This document shows positions 11,452 to 22,179 of a stretch of 64,000 nt of DNA, one piece after another (the first letter of the stretch is position 1; each line of letters starts with the position of its first letter). Origin of the DNA: Bilabrum cf. latius. Taxonomy: Eukaryota. Made by a program: the position numbers and the translations under genes. Location of the stretch: assembly GCA_965178125.1 (NCBI GenBank), contig OZ237743.1, forward strand, positions 434,001 to 498,000, read 5' to 3'. The notes under the pieces were generated by a model. It ran no database searches. It had not been told where the DNA came from and worked only from the letters and a program-made list of their open reading frames with translations.

Positions 11452-12507
11452 TCAATTTTCTATATCCCACTCCAAAATTAAATTAGGAGCAATTTCTTGG
11501 ATTTTATTCTTTGGTTCCCACGTCCAATGTTCTGGTTCTGGAAAATCTTTCCATTCTATTTGATATTCTGTTTCGTTCTCGGATTTTATTTTTTTTGGGA
11601 GAAAGATTGTCTGAGCATCTCGGTTATTGTCCTCATTATCAAAGTCGATAATCTGTAATTCCTCTTTTGGATAAGCCACTAAATCATCCTAATCCACAAC
11701 ATATAAGGGTGGTTGTCTCGGTCTTAATAATACTTTAGTTATCGTTTTGATTTCTGGATTATAGCGTAAATCTGAAGCACGGAAATTTCCGGATAATTTT
11801 TGCTGTAAATTTGTAGCCTTTCTGGGTTCTTCTAATGGTATACGAACTCTTGTACCCTCTTCCAATATATTACAAGCGTCTCCTTTACACTACGTAAAGT
11901 CGAAGTGTTCTGGGGGTAAAGGTGGTTCTTCTATATACTTTTCTAGTTGATATTCATTATAGTTTTCAATGATGTTTGGAAGCATATCCACCCATTCTAC
12001 GCTTTCATTACCTGTATTTAACTCATTAACGTTCTATAGGGTAAATATGGCTTTTCCCAACGTTTTATTTAGGTTTTCCACTAATGCCTGTTGTCGGTGG
12101 CGACCTGCTTTATTTCTTCGTACAAATACATCGGTCTCTTCTAAATATCTTTGTAAAGCGTTAAATTCTTTTCCATTATCTATTTCCAAACGGTGCTGCG
12201 GTTTCTGGACATTACCACGATTGAAAATCTTTTTTGATGCCTTTAATACTTCGTTCTAACGCTTGGTTTTGAGCGGTTCAGCATCGGCCTACTTTGTATG
12301 TAAATCAATAGCAGTTAATGCGTATTTATAATTATTGTCGTGGGGTAATGATAATAAATCCATTTGTACCACTTGGTGAGGTTCTGGTACATTTACGTGG
12401 GGTCGATTTACTCCTTTGGGTCGTTTTGGTCGTTTCATTAAATTTACAATACGACTGTTGGGATAAATGTTTAGGGATTGTAATATTCTTTCAAAGGCGC
12501 TACTCAT
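11452..12507 (-). CDS. Retroviral-type (rve, DDE) integrase with C-terminal chromodomain, 351 aa (TAG=Gln)
   Basis: Intact DDE triad: VQMDLL, LEIDNGKEF, QALVENLNKTL. C-terminal YQIEWKDFPEPEHWTWEP is a chromodomain. Ends at TGA. Confidence 0.93.
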
Positions 12508-12529
12508 TTGCTATATAGTTGTATCATTC

Positions 12530-12552
12530 TCCTTACTTTTGTAAAGTAGGGA
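12530..12552 (-). terminator. Intergenic hairpin TCCTTACTTT-TGT-AAAGTAGGGA, candidate transcript 3'-end signal
   Basis: 10-position inverted repeat (one imperfect pair) with a 3-nt loop, just downstream of the 79-aa ORF. Similar CTTT(T)-NNN-(A)AAAG hairpins at 16-34, 1784-1798 and 2986-3002. Confidence 0.4.
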
Positions 12553-12572
12553 AAATAATTCTTGGGAAAAAA

Positions 12573-12812
12573 TCATTTGGTTTTGGTACTTTCGTGCCAT
12601 TCAACTACAATTTGACTTAAATCTTTAGCTTCCTCAAAGTCAGCAAGCAGGTCATCGTCATCATCATAATTAATCCAAATAATAGTCTTTGTAAATTCAA
12701 GGTACTTTTTGGCCATATCGTATGCTTCTCGTGTTGTAATAAACGGGACTGATTTAAGACATTCTTTGGTCGCCAAGATGTAATTCTCGAGTTCCTTTTG
12801 TGATTTTGCCAT
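12573..12812 (-). CDS. Virophage hypothetical protein, 79 aa
   Basis: Complete ORF from ATG to TGA, preceded by the same bipartite upstream motif as polB and the helicase. Confidence 0.75.
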   Translation of the reverse strand: MAKSQKELENYILATKECLKSVPFITTREAYDMAKKYLEFTKTIIWINYDDDDDLLADFEEAKDLSQIVVEWHESTKTK

Positions 12813-12858
12813 TTATGTGGTTGTACTATAGACTACGTAAGTTATGCTTAAGGTACGA
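12813..12858 (-). promoter_or_regulatory. Bipartite upstream motif TCGTACCTTAAG-N9-CGTAGTCTATAGTA (79-aa ORF)
   Basis: 12-mer at 12847-12858, ~35 nt upstream of the ATG. Confidence 0.7.
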
Positions 12859-12859
12859 C

Positions 12860-13887
12860 ATTTCCACTTTAGGCAATCAATTTTTGTGTTTTTAATTGGA
12901 AAACAATTATAATTTGTTTTTTATTTTCCTTTTAATTTTTATGGTGGCATCATAGGAATTACAACATTTAATTTTAATAGGGAACTTAATTTATTTTTTC
13001 TAAGTCTCTTATAATTGACCTGTAAAATTGACAAGTTTTTTGGGGACTTTTCGAAAGGGACTTAAAATACGTTTTCGTTTTCCTTTTAATTTTTATGGTG
13101 GCATCATAGGAATTACAACATTTAATTTTAATTGGAAAATATATTTATTCTTTCTAAGTCTCTTAAAATTGACCTGTAAAATCTCTCAATTTTAATCTTT
13201 GAAAAAGATATCAAAAGAGCGGAGGGCAAAGCCCGAGCATCTTGGGGGACTTTTCCAAAGGGACTTAAAATACGTTTTCGTTTTCCTTATAATGTATCAT
13301 CTCTTGGGTAATCGGTTTGGTTGCTTCGGAGAACAATTTAGTCGCTTGGGAAATCCTTGGGAAATCCTTGGGAAATCCTTGGGAAATCCTTGGGAAATCC
13401 TTGGGAAATCCTTGGTCGGTTCATCGGTCGGTTCATCGGTCGGTTTATCGGTTTGTCGCTTGGGAACATACCTCGGTCTCTTGATAAAATACCTTGTTCT
13501 CTTGGGGAAATCCTCGGTTGGTCTCTTGGTCTCTTGGGAATTCATCCTTCCGTTCCTACAGCAAACACAGAGATATTTTGGACACTTGGTTAATTTCTTC
13601 ATTTTTTCCTACTTTACTAAAACATCTCTGTCTTTGCTGTTAGAGTTTATAAGGGGGTTAAATATTAGAATTCTTCAATTTACCCCTACTTCGTAGGAGT
13701 AAATTTTATATCTGAAAATGGGTACATAGAGGGGTTCTATAGGGGTTCTTGGGGAACCCCCTGTGAAATCATTTAGGTTTATAGGGGAAACACTTGAGTT
13801 GCTAAATATGCCTTTAAAGGAGGGGCGAGCGTAGCGTAGCCCTCGTCCTAAACGCTTGGTGTACCTACCACCACCTGTTGTCCCCCC
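12860..13887. repeat. Non-coding right terminal region of the virophage (probable terminal inverted repeat)
   Basis: About 1 kb without a credible gene. Internal direct repeats (~12924-13028 vs ~13078-13182; ~13042-13086 vs ~13245-13288), tandem repeats, hairpins at 13677-13705 and 13742-13760, and a terminal C-run. The matching left copy is outside the window. Confidence 0.6.
13345..13455. repeat. Tandem repeats: (CTTGGGAAATC)x6 followed by ~3 copies of GGTCGGTT(C/T)ATC
   Basis: Read directly from the sequence. Confidence 0.95.
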
Positions 13888-14429
13888 CTGCCGCGTAGCA
13901 CCCGACTAGGTCGTAATTGAGCACGATTCATGCACACAACCAGAGAGTTGGAGATTTGTAGGTGTGGCCAACATGGTCTCTGAGATTGAGGTCTCGCGTT
14001 GGGCGTAGGACCCGCTCGGGGGGCAGGCACAGGTGCGGCGAAGCGAAGTAGCCAAGGGGCGAGCAGTGCGGGGAGGGTCGGCAAGGGTCGATAACCAGTG
14101 GGGATACCAGACGGGACGGACATTTGGGTGACAGGGAGGATGCAAGGGAGAGACACAGATCGAGCAGATTGAAGTGGAGCGTGTGGATGAGCGGTGGTCT
14201 GTCGTAACATGGTCCGGATCCAGATTGGCTCCAGATGGGATCCGATCGCCCGACCAAGCGCAGATTAGGAAGTTGAGAAGTCACATTCAGACTCGAGCGT
14301 TGATTAAAGCTGCGTGCTATGCGGGCGCTAAGCGGCAGTTTCCCGGAGTTCTTGCTTGTCTCTTGCTAGAACCATGGATCCAAGTGAGGTATAGTAGAAG
14401 CAAAGGAATAATCGTACAGCCTTCACGGG

Positions 14430-17400
14430 TTAGGTCGGTCCAGCCCCAGCCGGCGGCAGTTTGATGAGTGGGTCACCGAACCTCGGTCTGCCAGGCACCT
14501 CGGTGCTGGTCTGCCACAGTATCTTGATCGCAGTGTCACCGTGTTCAGATACATGCACCCGGATGTACATGGTGTCAGACACAGGCGACTTCACGAACCA
14601 CCGCGCCTAGCCATGTGACGTCTTGCATGATCTGTACTTGGACATTGGCAGGCCAGTGGCATCTTCCAATGCTGCCCAGTGGGCCTGAATTGCAAAGGAA
14701 ACTGGCCAAGCAGAAGGATCAGTGATACTGGAGCACTGAGGAATCTGCACGTTGATTGAAGCAAACCACCCTTTCTGCATTCCATCTAGCACCCACGGGC
14801 AGTCGTCGTATAGCTCAACGACAGCTGTGAGCTTCGACGCATGAGCTCTGGCTAGCCTGCCAGTGGTCGCAGTGTAGCAGAGCAAGACAGACACGGTTGT
14901 GAATGCTTTTGAACGAAGGCCTGCCGCATTGCACTTCGCCATGCTATTATCCAGAGCCATTGCTGCATTCACACTGTGCGCTCGGCCGCCCGCTTTGGCA
15001 CGAGGAGGTCCGCCTGCTGGACTCCTCGGAGCTGCACGGGCACGACGACCCGTCTGTACAGCCTGAAACATGCTGTAGCTGAGTTCAATAGCGACAAGCA
15101 CATTGTGGTCCCGTATGTCTAGCAGCCGTTGGCCAGTGCTACGGGTGGGGGTGTCTGCCAACCTAGGCAGATGCTCGTCTCCTGGCTGTTCCCTGTCTTT
15201 GTGACGGAACTGAGTCTGCAGCTGCAGATGAAAGCCCCGAACTAGCGGGGTATCAGCACCAACACGGACTATCGCTGCCTTCGGCGCCGTGCCCCTCTTC
15301 AGATGCATGCGAAGAATTGGTACTGCATCTTGACATCTACTCCCGCCCGCACCGGCGACCTCTTGAAAGCAGCGGCAATGACAAGTCTTGTATAACGGAT
15401 GGCAGGCTTGCTGTCCCGTGGCGCGACCACCTGTGATTCGACTACCTGGTGGGCAATGGGAGCATGTCTATGGCAACAAGGCGCCACCAGGGAGTCTCCA
15501 TTGAGCCATTCGATCAACTTCGCCAAGAATCATCTTCTACAAGCCTGTTTGTCGGAGCCTTTCTGAAGCCGGAGAAGCATCATACTTTTCCTTTGGAGCG
15601 ATTGGCGCGTCCAATACAGCATCCAGAGCGTTTGCATCAAGCAAGCCTCGTATTTTGCTTCCGCGAACTCTGATAGTCTACATGGCAGATGCCACGATGG
15701 TCAGAGCACGCGCAACCTTCGGGGCTGCAAACGAAGTTCCAGCACTGTAATCTCGTCGCCGCACGATGCTTAACTCTTCTTGGTCGCATAATCCGCACCA
15801 GGCGCAGCGTGGCCCGGGCTGAGGCTACAAAGCAAGCTATGGGATTCCTTCGCCCGACGCAAGAATGTCGACTCGGTCCCCCCAGTTCGAGAAGTCAGAC
15901 ATAGGAATCCTTGCACGCGCGGCTGGAGGGTGCCCAAGAGCCACCACAGAGCCCACGCATATGGAAAATCTAGAGTGGCATGGGAGCCACACGCTCTCGC
16001 TTGGCCGACCAGGCTCTCGAGGGGTCATCCACGCGCCCCCTCTAAGTCTAATGCCGTCATTACCGGCGGCAGCAGTTGCTACGAACCCAAGACGCCGTAA
16101 GTGACCGAAAAATCTATCCACCTCTTTGATCGCTAGACCATGAGACTGCACTTGCTCGACTATGGAGATCTACACTACCCCAAGCAGGGACTCCTCTCTG
16201 TATGCGGACCCACGAGCGGCCCTGGTGACAGCCCGAATCCTCTGAGCCATCCTCTCGATCATTGCCAAGCCCCATCCAATAAAAGATGCGCGCCGCTCAG
16301 GAGCTGGTGGCCATAGTCTACTCCAGCACGATACAGGTCCAGATGCAGCCGGTAGCTCCAACTGATGGCCACCGGCAGCCTGGGACCACCCTTTGCTGAG
16401 TATCGCGATTGGAACCACGATGGACTGAGTACCCCTCGCTGCTTCTGCTGCCACCATGGTGCCGTGCGTGTCAGTGATAGTGTGGGGCATGTACGCCTTG
16501 TTCTCTCGGCCAGCCGTGTTCCAGAGTCGTCCCTCGACATCTGGCTCCCTTATAGCTGCACCTCGTGTCACTCGACTCGTGGACCCTGGTACAACGTGAC
16601 CGCCCGCAATCGCGAAGATCTCTTCCTCCAGTCCAGTGAAGTCTCGGTTCAGCTGAAACTCCTCGTACGTGTACACAACCGCCATATCCATTACAAAGAC
16701 GACCTGGTTCTAGCCTAGTCCACGAAGAGAGAAGTCATCACCACCAGCGAGATTCGAGGCACCACCAGCACCAGCACCAGCTGTAACACCAGCTGCAGCA
16801 GCAGCCCCAGAGCCCAGGCCAGGCCCAGCACTGGCAGTACCACGATCACGTCCATAGGGTCCACTCCCATGGTAGAAAGGGTTGTTCACCGACTAGGCAA
16901 TCGTGGCATCGGTGGCTCTAGTGCCATCACGACCACGGCTCGCTGCAGCAGCACCACCGGAGGCAGCGCCCCTCCCTGCACTAGATCCAGCACTACCCCT
17001 AGCTGCACCCTATTCCCCCTATTCACCCTCAGTGATTGCAGTACAAGCCAATGATCCAACTGGATTATGCACGCCCTTTAGTACAGGAACTCGTCCCGCC
17101 GTAGATAATCCCGCGGTCTGCAGCAGCACTGTCCCTTCCGCACCTCCTTCAGCCAGAGAAGGCGCTGAGTTCGGTCCTGACTGCGCGCTCTCCCTATCAG
17201 AGTTGCCGTGCAGCTGCGGCTCTGATACAGTGCCGTTTGTACTCTCGGCCCCAACGGAGCATACACAGCCAGAGCACGACTCCTCGCTGCCGCGCAGACC
17301 TGCCAGCTTCACGGGGTGGTCAGGGTAGTGCGCCCGCACCAGCCCGCTCTTCACGATGAGTGCCTGCACCGTGGATCCCACACACGCTGCCATGCCGATG

Positions 17401-18494
17401 GACGACGGCTGCGGGATGAAGGCCCCGCTGGACATGCTGGCCTTGCCCAGCTGCTGGATGCTGCGCAGCACCTCTATCACGGCGCCAAGGCCAGCTACAG
17501 CCGGCTTGGGGGACGCGAGCTGGAAGGCGAGCTTGCGCCATGCGGTGTGAGCGAAGCTCCGGGGAGCTCCATGCTGGTCGTTGCGATCCGGCCCGGGCGC
17601 GTAGCCGTTGATGTCGAGGTGCTGGATGTACTGCAGCCCGCCGTCCTGGGTCTCTGTGCCTCGGGCCAGTCGGTCGAGGTGGGCGGCGGCAGTTGCGAGG
17701 GCGGTCCTCTTGGCCTCTGCTGCCACGAGGCCCCACACCATCTCGGTGTCCGGGTGGCGGCTGCTGCTTGTCGCGAATGCCGAGGACTGCAGAGCGGCCT
17801 GCACCTGGCACAGGGGCTTGAGGACAGGGGCGGCGTTGCCCGGCAGGCTGGTCATGGCAGCGAGCTTGCGGGCGCATCCAGCCGCGAAGCTCTGCAGGCC
17901 GAGCAGGTGAGCGGATGCACCGCTCGAGGTGGCGGCGCCGTCCGTGTGCTTGATACCAATGATGCCAGGAGCACCCGCGTGCTGCAGCTCATGCAGCGCT
18001 TCGATCAGCCCGCTCGCGGCGTCGTGCATGGCCTTGCCGACCTCTCTCGGGTCCGTGTCCGTGACGAAGTCGACGAAGCGCTCCGCCGACAGCTCCTGTC
18101 CTTGATCCATCCAGTACATCATATGCTTGCATTGATCATGCGCAGGCTGAGAGTCTGGCGCTGGAGGCGGATCGTGCTTGGATTTCCCCATTGTGAGAGG
18201 CTGCTGATTGTGGGTTCGCTCGGCGTTGGGGCCCGCATCGTCTGCGGTGAGAGCGAAGTCGGCACAAGCATACGATATATTACTTCATATGATCAGCGAG
18301 CTAGCGAAGGAAGCCAATGGTCTCTCACTGGCGTCTGACGGCATTGCGTCGAGCTTGGGATCAATAACCGACGGAGACTTCTTGAGCTCGGTTGTCCGAG
18401 TCCTGCGGCGCACTCGGTGGGCTCTCGATGGCGAGTCACCCAGAGCTAATGGCAACAGCACTGTGAGCAGACAAAGCGATGCCAGCGTGCGCAT
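14430..18494 (-). CDS. Large secreted subtilisin-like (S8) protease, type A copy 1, ~1325 aa; intron 18242-18328; TAG=Gln
   Basis: Signal peptide MRTLASLCLLTVLLPLALG. An 87-bp GTGAGA...CCGCAG intron removes the only in-frame TGA. Asp VVFVMD, His TDTHGTMVAA, oxyanion Asn AAAGNDG, FSNWG, Ser AGTSFAAP. Stop TAA at 14430. Confidence 0.85.
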
Positions 18495-19077
18495 GGTAGC
18501 TGGAAATGAGTGGTTCTACCGGTCGCATGTGTGATGCGTAGCGACCAACTCGGAATATTGCACCTTGATCGGAATGGCGTGCATGGCGCCATGAACATCG
18601 GATGATAAGCTTTTGGTTGTAATCATGGTCTATGCACATTTTGCAGAAGTGCACGCATGGAGCCGAGGCATGCATGAGACCTGGGTGGAGGTGAATTCAG
18701 ATACAAACGCGAAGATGCGATATATTGGGGAACGCTTGGGCTGCCTGTCCTTCTTCATGGTACGTAGGCAATCTATGTTTGTTCTATATGTGCGTGTTCG
18801 AGTGTCGGTAAGAGCGAGCAGGCGCTATCACTGATTGCTCGAAGTCTGACCAGGACCCAAGCTGCTGGCAGGAGCAAGTGCCACCGGTGGGCCTGAAGAT
18901 CTGCAGCCATGACAAGTGTTGGGGGGGTGTATTGTATTGAGCTGATGTGATCGATTGTATCGTGGTCCTCCGGCCAGTCGCAGTCGTGTCCACTCTATTG
19001 ATGCCCTCGCAAGAACTTGGGCTGCTGCTTGCAGGATACGCACAATGCCAGCTGCGCACCTGGAAAGAGCGAACACA

Positions 19078-20195
19078 TCAAGCCGCCATCCTTGCACACG
19101 CAAGCCGGACCGCAGTACGGTCCCCCACCTGCTTCAGCCCAAGAACCTCCGCCAGCTCGCCATCCGTCGTGGCAGCCAGCTCCCATACAGACCGCACATG
19201 CTGTTGCCGACACCGTGCTGCGGCATCCGCAAGTCCAAGCGCCCCTAGGAGATCGCAGGCAGACCCAGAGGGCATGCCAGCAGCAGCCGCAGCAGGCGCA
19301 TGCTCATATTTCTACCCGTCGCCCTTGCCCTTGCCCTTGCCCTTGCCCTTGCCCTTGCCTATGCCCATATGCTGGCTCTCGCCTGGCCCCTTGTCTCGAT
19401 CCTCCGCGCTTTTCCCTCCAGCCAACCCTGACCCCTACGATCTGTCCGGCTTGCACAGAGAATCGACGGTCTTGCTCACCAGCGATAGGCCCGATATAGA
19501 CTCGCTGGCAGCGTGGCGGGAATCCAGGAGCCACCACTGCAGCTGCCGAATCGACATGCCAAGGACAAGGGGCGACGAGGAAGAGACAGGGGTCGCACCC
19601 GTCCCACTGCTACCACCAGCACCTACACCTGAAGAGGCGCCTTCGCTGCATCCATCTTGCCCTGCAAGTGCCTCGCAAATCCCATGTGCAAGCGCTCTCG
19701 CTTCCTGCTCCGCCATGCCACCGGCACCCGGCACTGCCTCGGGCATGGCAAACACAACCACCGCCGATGCCAGTCGCAGCACGTCGTCGCGAGAGGCGCC
19801 GCGCAGGAGCTCTCCCAGCGGAACCATCTCCAGCAGTCCCGCGGCCGTGCCATCTGCCACCGACTGCAGCACGCTCGTGTCAGCGTCGATGGCAAGCGAC
19901 AGGTCCTTGCGCAGAGGCGAGGCCGCCGGACTCATCGCGATCAATCGAGTGCGCCTGGCTTGCTTGATTGCCGCGGCCGTGAAGCCATCGCTGTTCCCCC
20001 CAGCATCCACGGCGCTGCCTGCCTGCAGGAGCAGACGGGAGGACGGCGGCGTGCTTCTCATCGCAGCCGAAGCACCGCTGCCTGCCACCAGCCGGAGAGA
20101 AACGTCGCGCAGGACGTGTGTCCCCACCCCACACAGGTCCACAGCCGCCCATCGCATGCTGCTGGTGACCTGATCATCGAGCTCGTCCGACTGCC
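19078..20195 (-). pseudogene. Duplicated 3' fragment (SAM-like domain end) of the BCS1-like gene, copy 1
   Basis: Highly similar to 51057-52234; similarity stops abruptly at ~20195. Confidence 0.75.
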
Positions 20196-20555
20196 GCCAG
20201 TGACTAGTAGACCCAGCTACCACGGACCATGACTCATGAAGCGCGCTGTACAGCCAAGTGGCAGCCCAAGCTTGAGCGGGGACCTGGTGTGCCGGAATAG
20301 GGCAGTCATTCAAAGCGGACAATTGTCCGTGCAAGCGGACAATAGGGCAGTATGTGCGACACAGGTGCAAGCGTCGACGGCATAGTACGCCGGCGGGGTC
20401 CAGCTCATGGGAATCTGAATGCGACTTCGCTACAGCTTTTGACCTGCCACGGCCTAGCCCCCCAACCTGCATTGCTGGCAAATTGATTCTCCTTCTCAGA
20501 TCTAGCTCTTTCAGAAATATCTTTACAATTTTAGCGGTCTGCAGGCTTTGGCAGC

Positions 20556-22179
20556 ATGGTGGATTGCATTATACAGGAATGGCTACCACTCGATACCTAT
20601 CGGAGCCCGTACAGAAGCATCACCTCGATTGTGAGACGCCAGTTTCCGCCTCAAGTCGAACACGAACACTTTGCGAGAGAAGGAGCCCGCTGCACCGCAT
20701 GCTTGCATGGGTTCCATTTCTTGATCTATAAGACAGTTGCCATTGCAATTTCTGCAGGTTTCTTCTGACGGCATGCACGAGAGCTACAAGAGAGGCAGGA
20801 ACGATTTTGCTCCCGAATGCCAATCCCTTGGGCAATTTCTGTGGGCGATCAGGCAGGGGTACTCCAGCGCCACAATGCCTTCTGGATCGGGCCTGGGAGG
20901 CTTGAAGCGGCTGCTGGCGCTGCTGCCTTCGGATGGCATCCGTTTGAAGTCGCTGCGGCTGGTTGACGAGACGATCGATGTTCCGACAGCCAGGTTGCTT
21001 TGCGAGATGGTATGTTTGGACGTGGAGGGTCATGGGTTGTCTTGCTTGCATCTGAAGGACTGCATGTGGAAGCCAGGCGCCATGGCAGCACTGGCTCCGT
21101 CGATGCTGCACCCGGGGAGGTCGAATTGTCTGGAAGCACTCCTCTTGCAGAGCACTTCTGGCGAGCAATCGGTGAAAGCAGCCCCTCAGGATCTATTCGA
21201 GTCGCTTGGATAGGTGCTAGGAGACTGGCGCTGCAGCTTGTATGCGCTGAGCCTGGTGGGCATGCTCGGATGGAATCACCGATATGGTCCGGTTGAAGGC
21301 GTGGACTGGACTTGCATGTATCGGCGCAATGCCTTGGTGGCCAGGGGCATGCTGAGCAACACAAGCATTCGGTATTTGTCGACTGGGGACTGCATAGTTG
21401 ACACAGAGCAGCTGGTCGCGTGGGCCGATGCTCTGGCCAAGCATCGCTGGTTGCGGCAGCTTCTTGTGTCGTTTTACCCCGTGTCGCGTGAAGCCCTCAT
21501 TGCGGTCGGTGAACCGGCGGCAAAGATCGTGCGTGAGAGCGTGAGCATCAGGCACCTGATGCTGTTCTATGACATGTGTGAAAGATGGTTGTCGGTGCCG
21601 CCTCCGTTGGACCTGCTACGAGCTGCCATCAGGCAGAACAGAGCGCTGCTATCGATCTCCATCGGGACTGATGGAGGAGAGTACAGCGGTAATGAGGATG
21701 AACTTGATGTGGAGCACGACAAGAATCTTGATGCCGTGGTGGCCAATCCCCGGATCGTGTTCTACGACTGGTGCACCATAAATATGACGCACTTTAATGA
21801 CAGCGTGGAAGTAGTCATGGTCCCTCGATTATAGCAGTACCAATCCAGACAGTCCAGGCTGTGGGCCCTGGTACAGCATAGGACCGCTGCGCAGGCTCAC
21901 CGGGATGCGAGGCTAGTGTGGCGAGCTGCAGCGGAGGGCAGGCCCCTAGAGTTGGCGAAGCGACTGAGGCTGGGGGTGATGGCAGGTGGAGCTGAACAAG
22001 AGATGCTAGTTTCAGGTAGGCGGCTAAATGCGGTGCAAGCAGCGGAGGCAGGGGAGCACAGTGAGTGCGCTCTGCTAGTGCGCAGGTCAGTCGCACGAGA
22101 GTTGAACCGACGTGCGATTCGTTTTGCCAACGATGACACATCTGAAGAAGTATCCTCATGCAGCTGCATGTTGCTCTGA
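20556..22179 (+). CDS. RNI-like leucine-rich-repeat protein with C-terminal CaaX box (CMLL), copy 1, ~498 aa; intron 20631-20757
   Basis: 75-nt exon 1 and GTGAGA...CTGCAG intron. LxxLxL repeats (RLKSLRL, GLSCLHL, CLEALLL, SLYALSL, NTSIRYL, WLRQLLV, SIRHLML, NRALLSI). Two in-frame TAG; stop TGA. Confidence 0.8.

Larger units (their letters stand above)
1..13887. mobile_element. Endogenous virophage (provirophage), right-hand ~13.9 kb; left part lies upstream of the window
   Basis: AT-rich, intronless, gene-dense block. Sharp transition to GC-rich host DNA after ...CCACCTGTTGTCCCCCC at ~13,887. Encodes virophage-type MCP and penton, pPolB, SF3 helicase and rve integrase once TAG is read through. 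The host flank matches an element-free duplicate at 22,803. Confidence 0.93.

Noticed and set aside
42-12507. Viral genes as pseudogenes riddled with nonsense mutations (decay or C-to-T hypermutation)
   Set aside because: Decay would also give TAA, TGA and frameshifts. Only TAG occurs, catalytic motifs are intact, and conserved host genes show the same pattern.
13345-13455. CRISPR array or NF-kB-like GGGAAATCC sites
   Set aside because: The repeats are contiguous with no spacers and there are no cas genes. The NF-kB resemblance has no support in this context.
13199-13696. ORFs 13199-13696, 13297-13602 and 13357-13593
   Set aside because: They arise from stop-poor tandem repeats in the terminal region, lack the upstream motif and have no protein-like features.
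13835-13846. Short match (CGTAGCCCTCGT) between the viral terminus and host DNA at ~22614 as an att-like site
   Set aside because: It is not at the junction, rve integrases do not use homology, and a match this short can occur by chance.
1-13887. Plain Polinton/Maverick transposon or bacterial prophage
   Set aside because: MCP size and motifs, the penton and the Zn-ribbon are virophage-type, and the flanks are intron-containing eukaryotic genes.
18285-18287. In-frame TGA in all four S8 genes as selenocysteine or a shared nonsense mutation
   Set aside because: It lies inside an 87-bp GT-AG intron whose removal preserves the frame.
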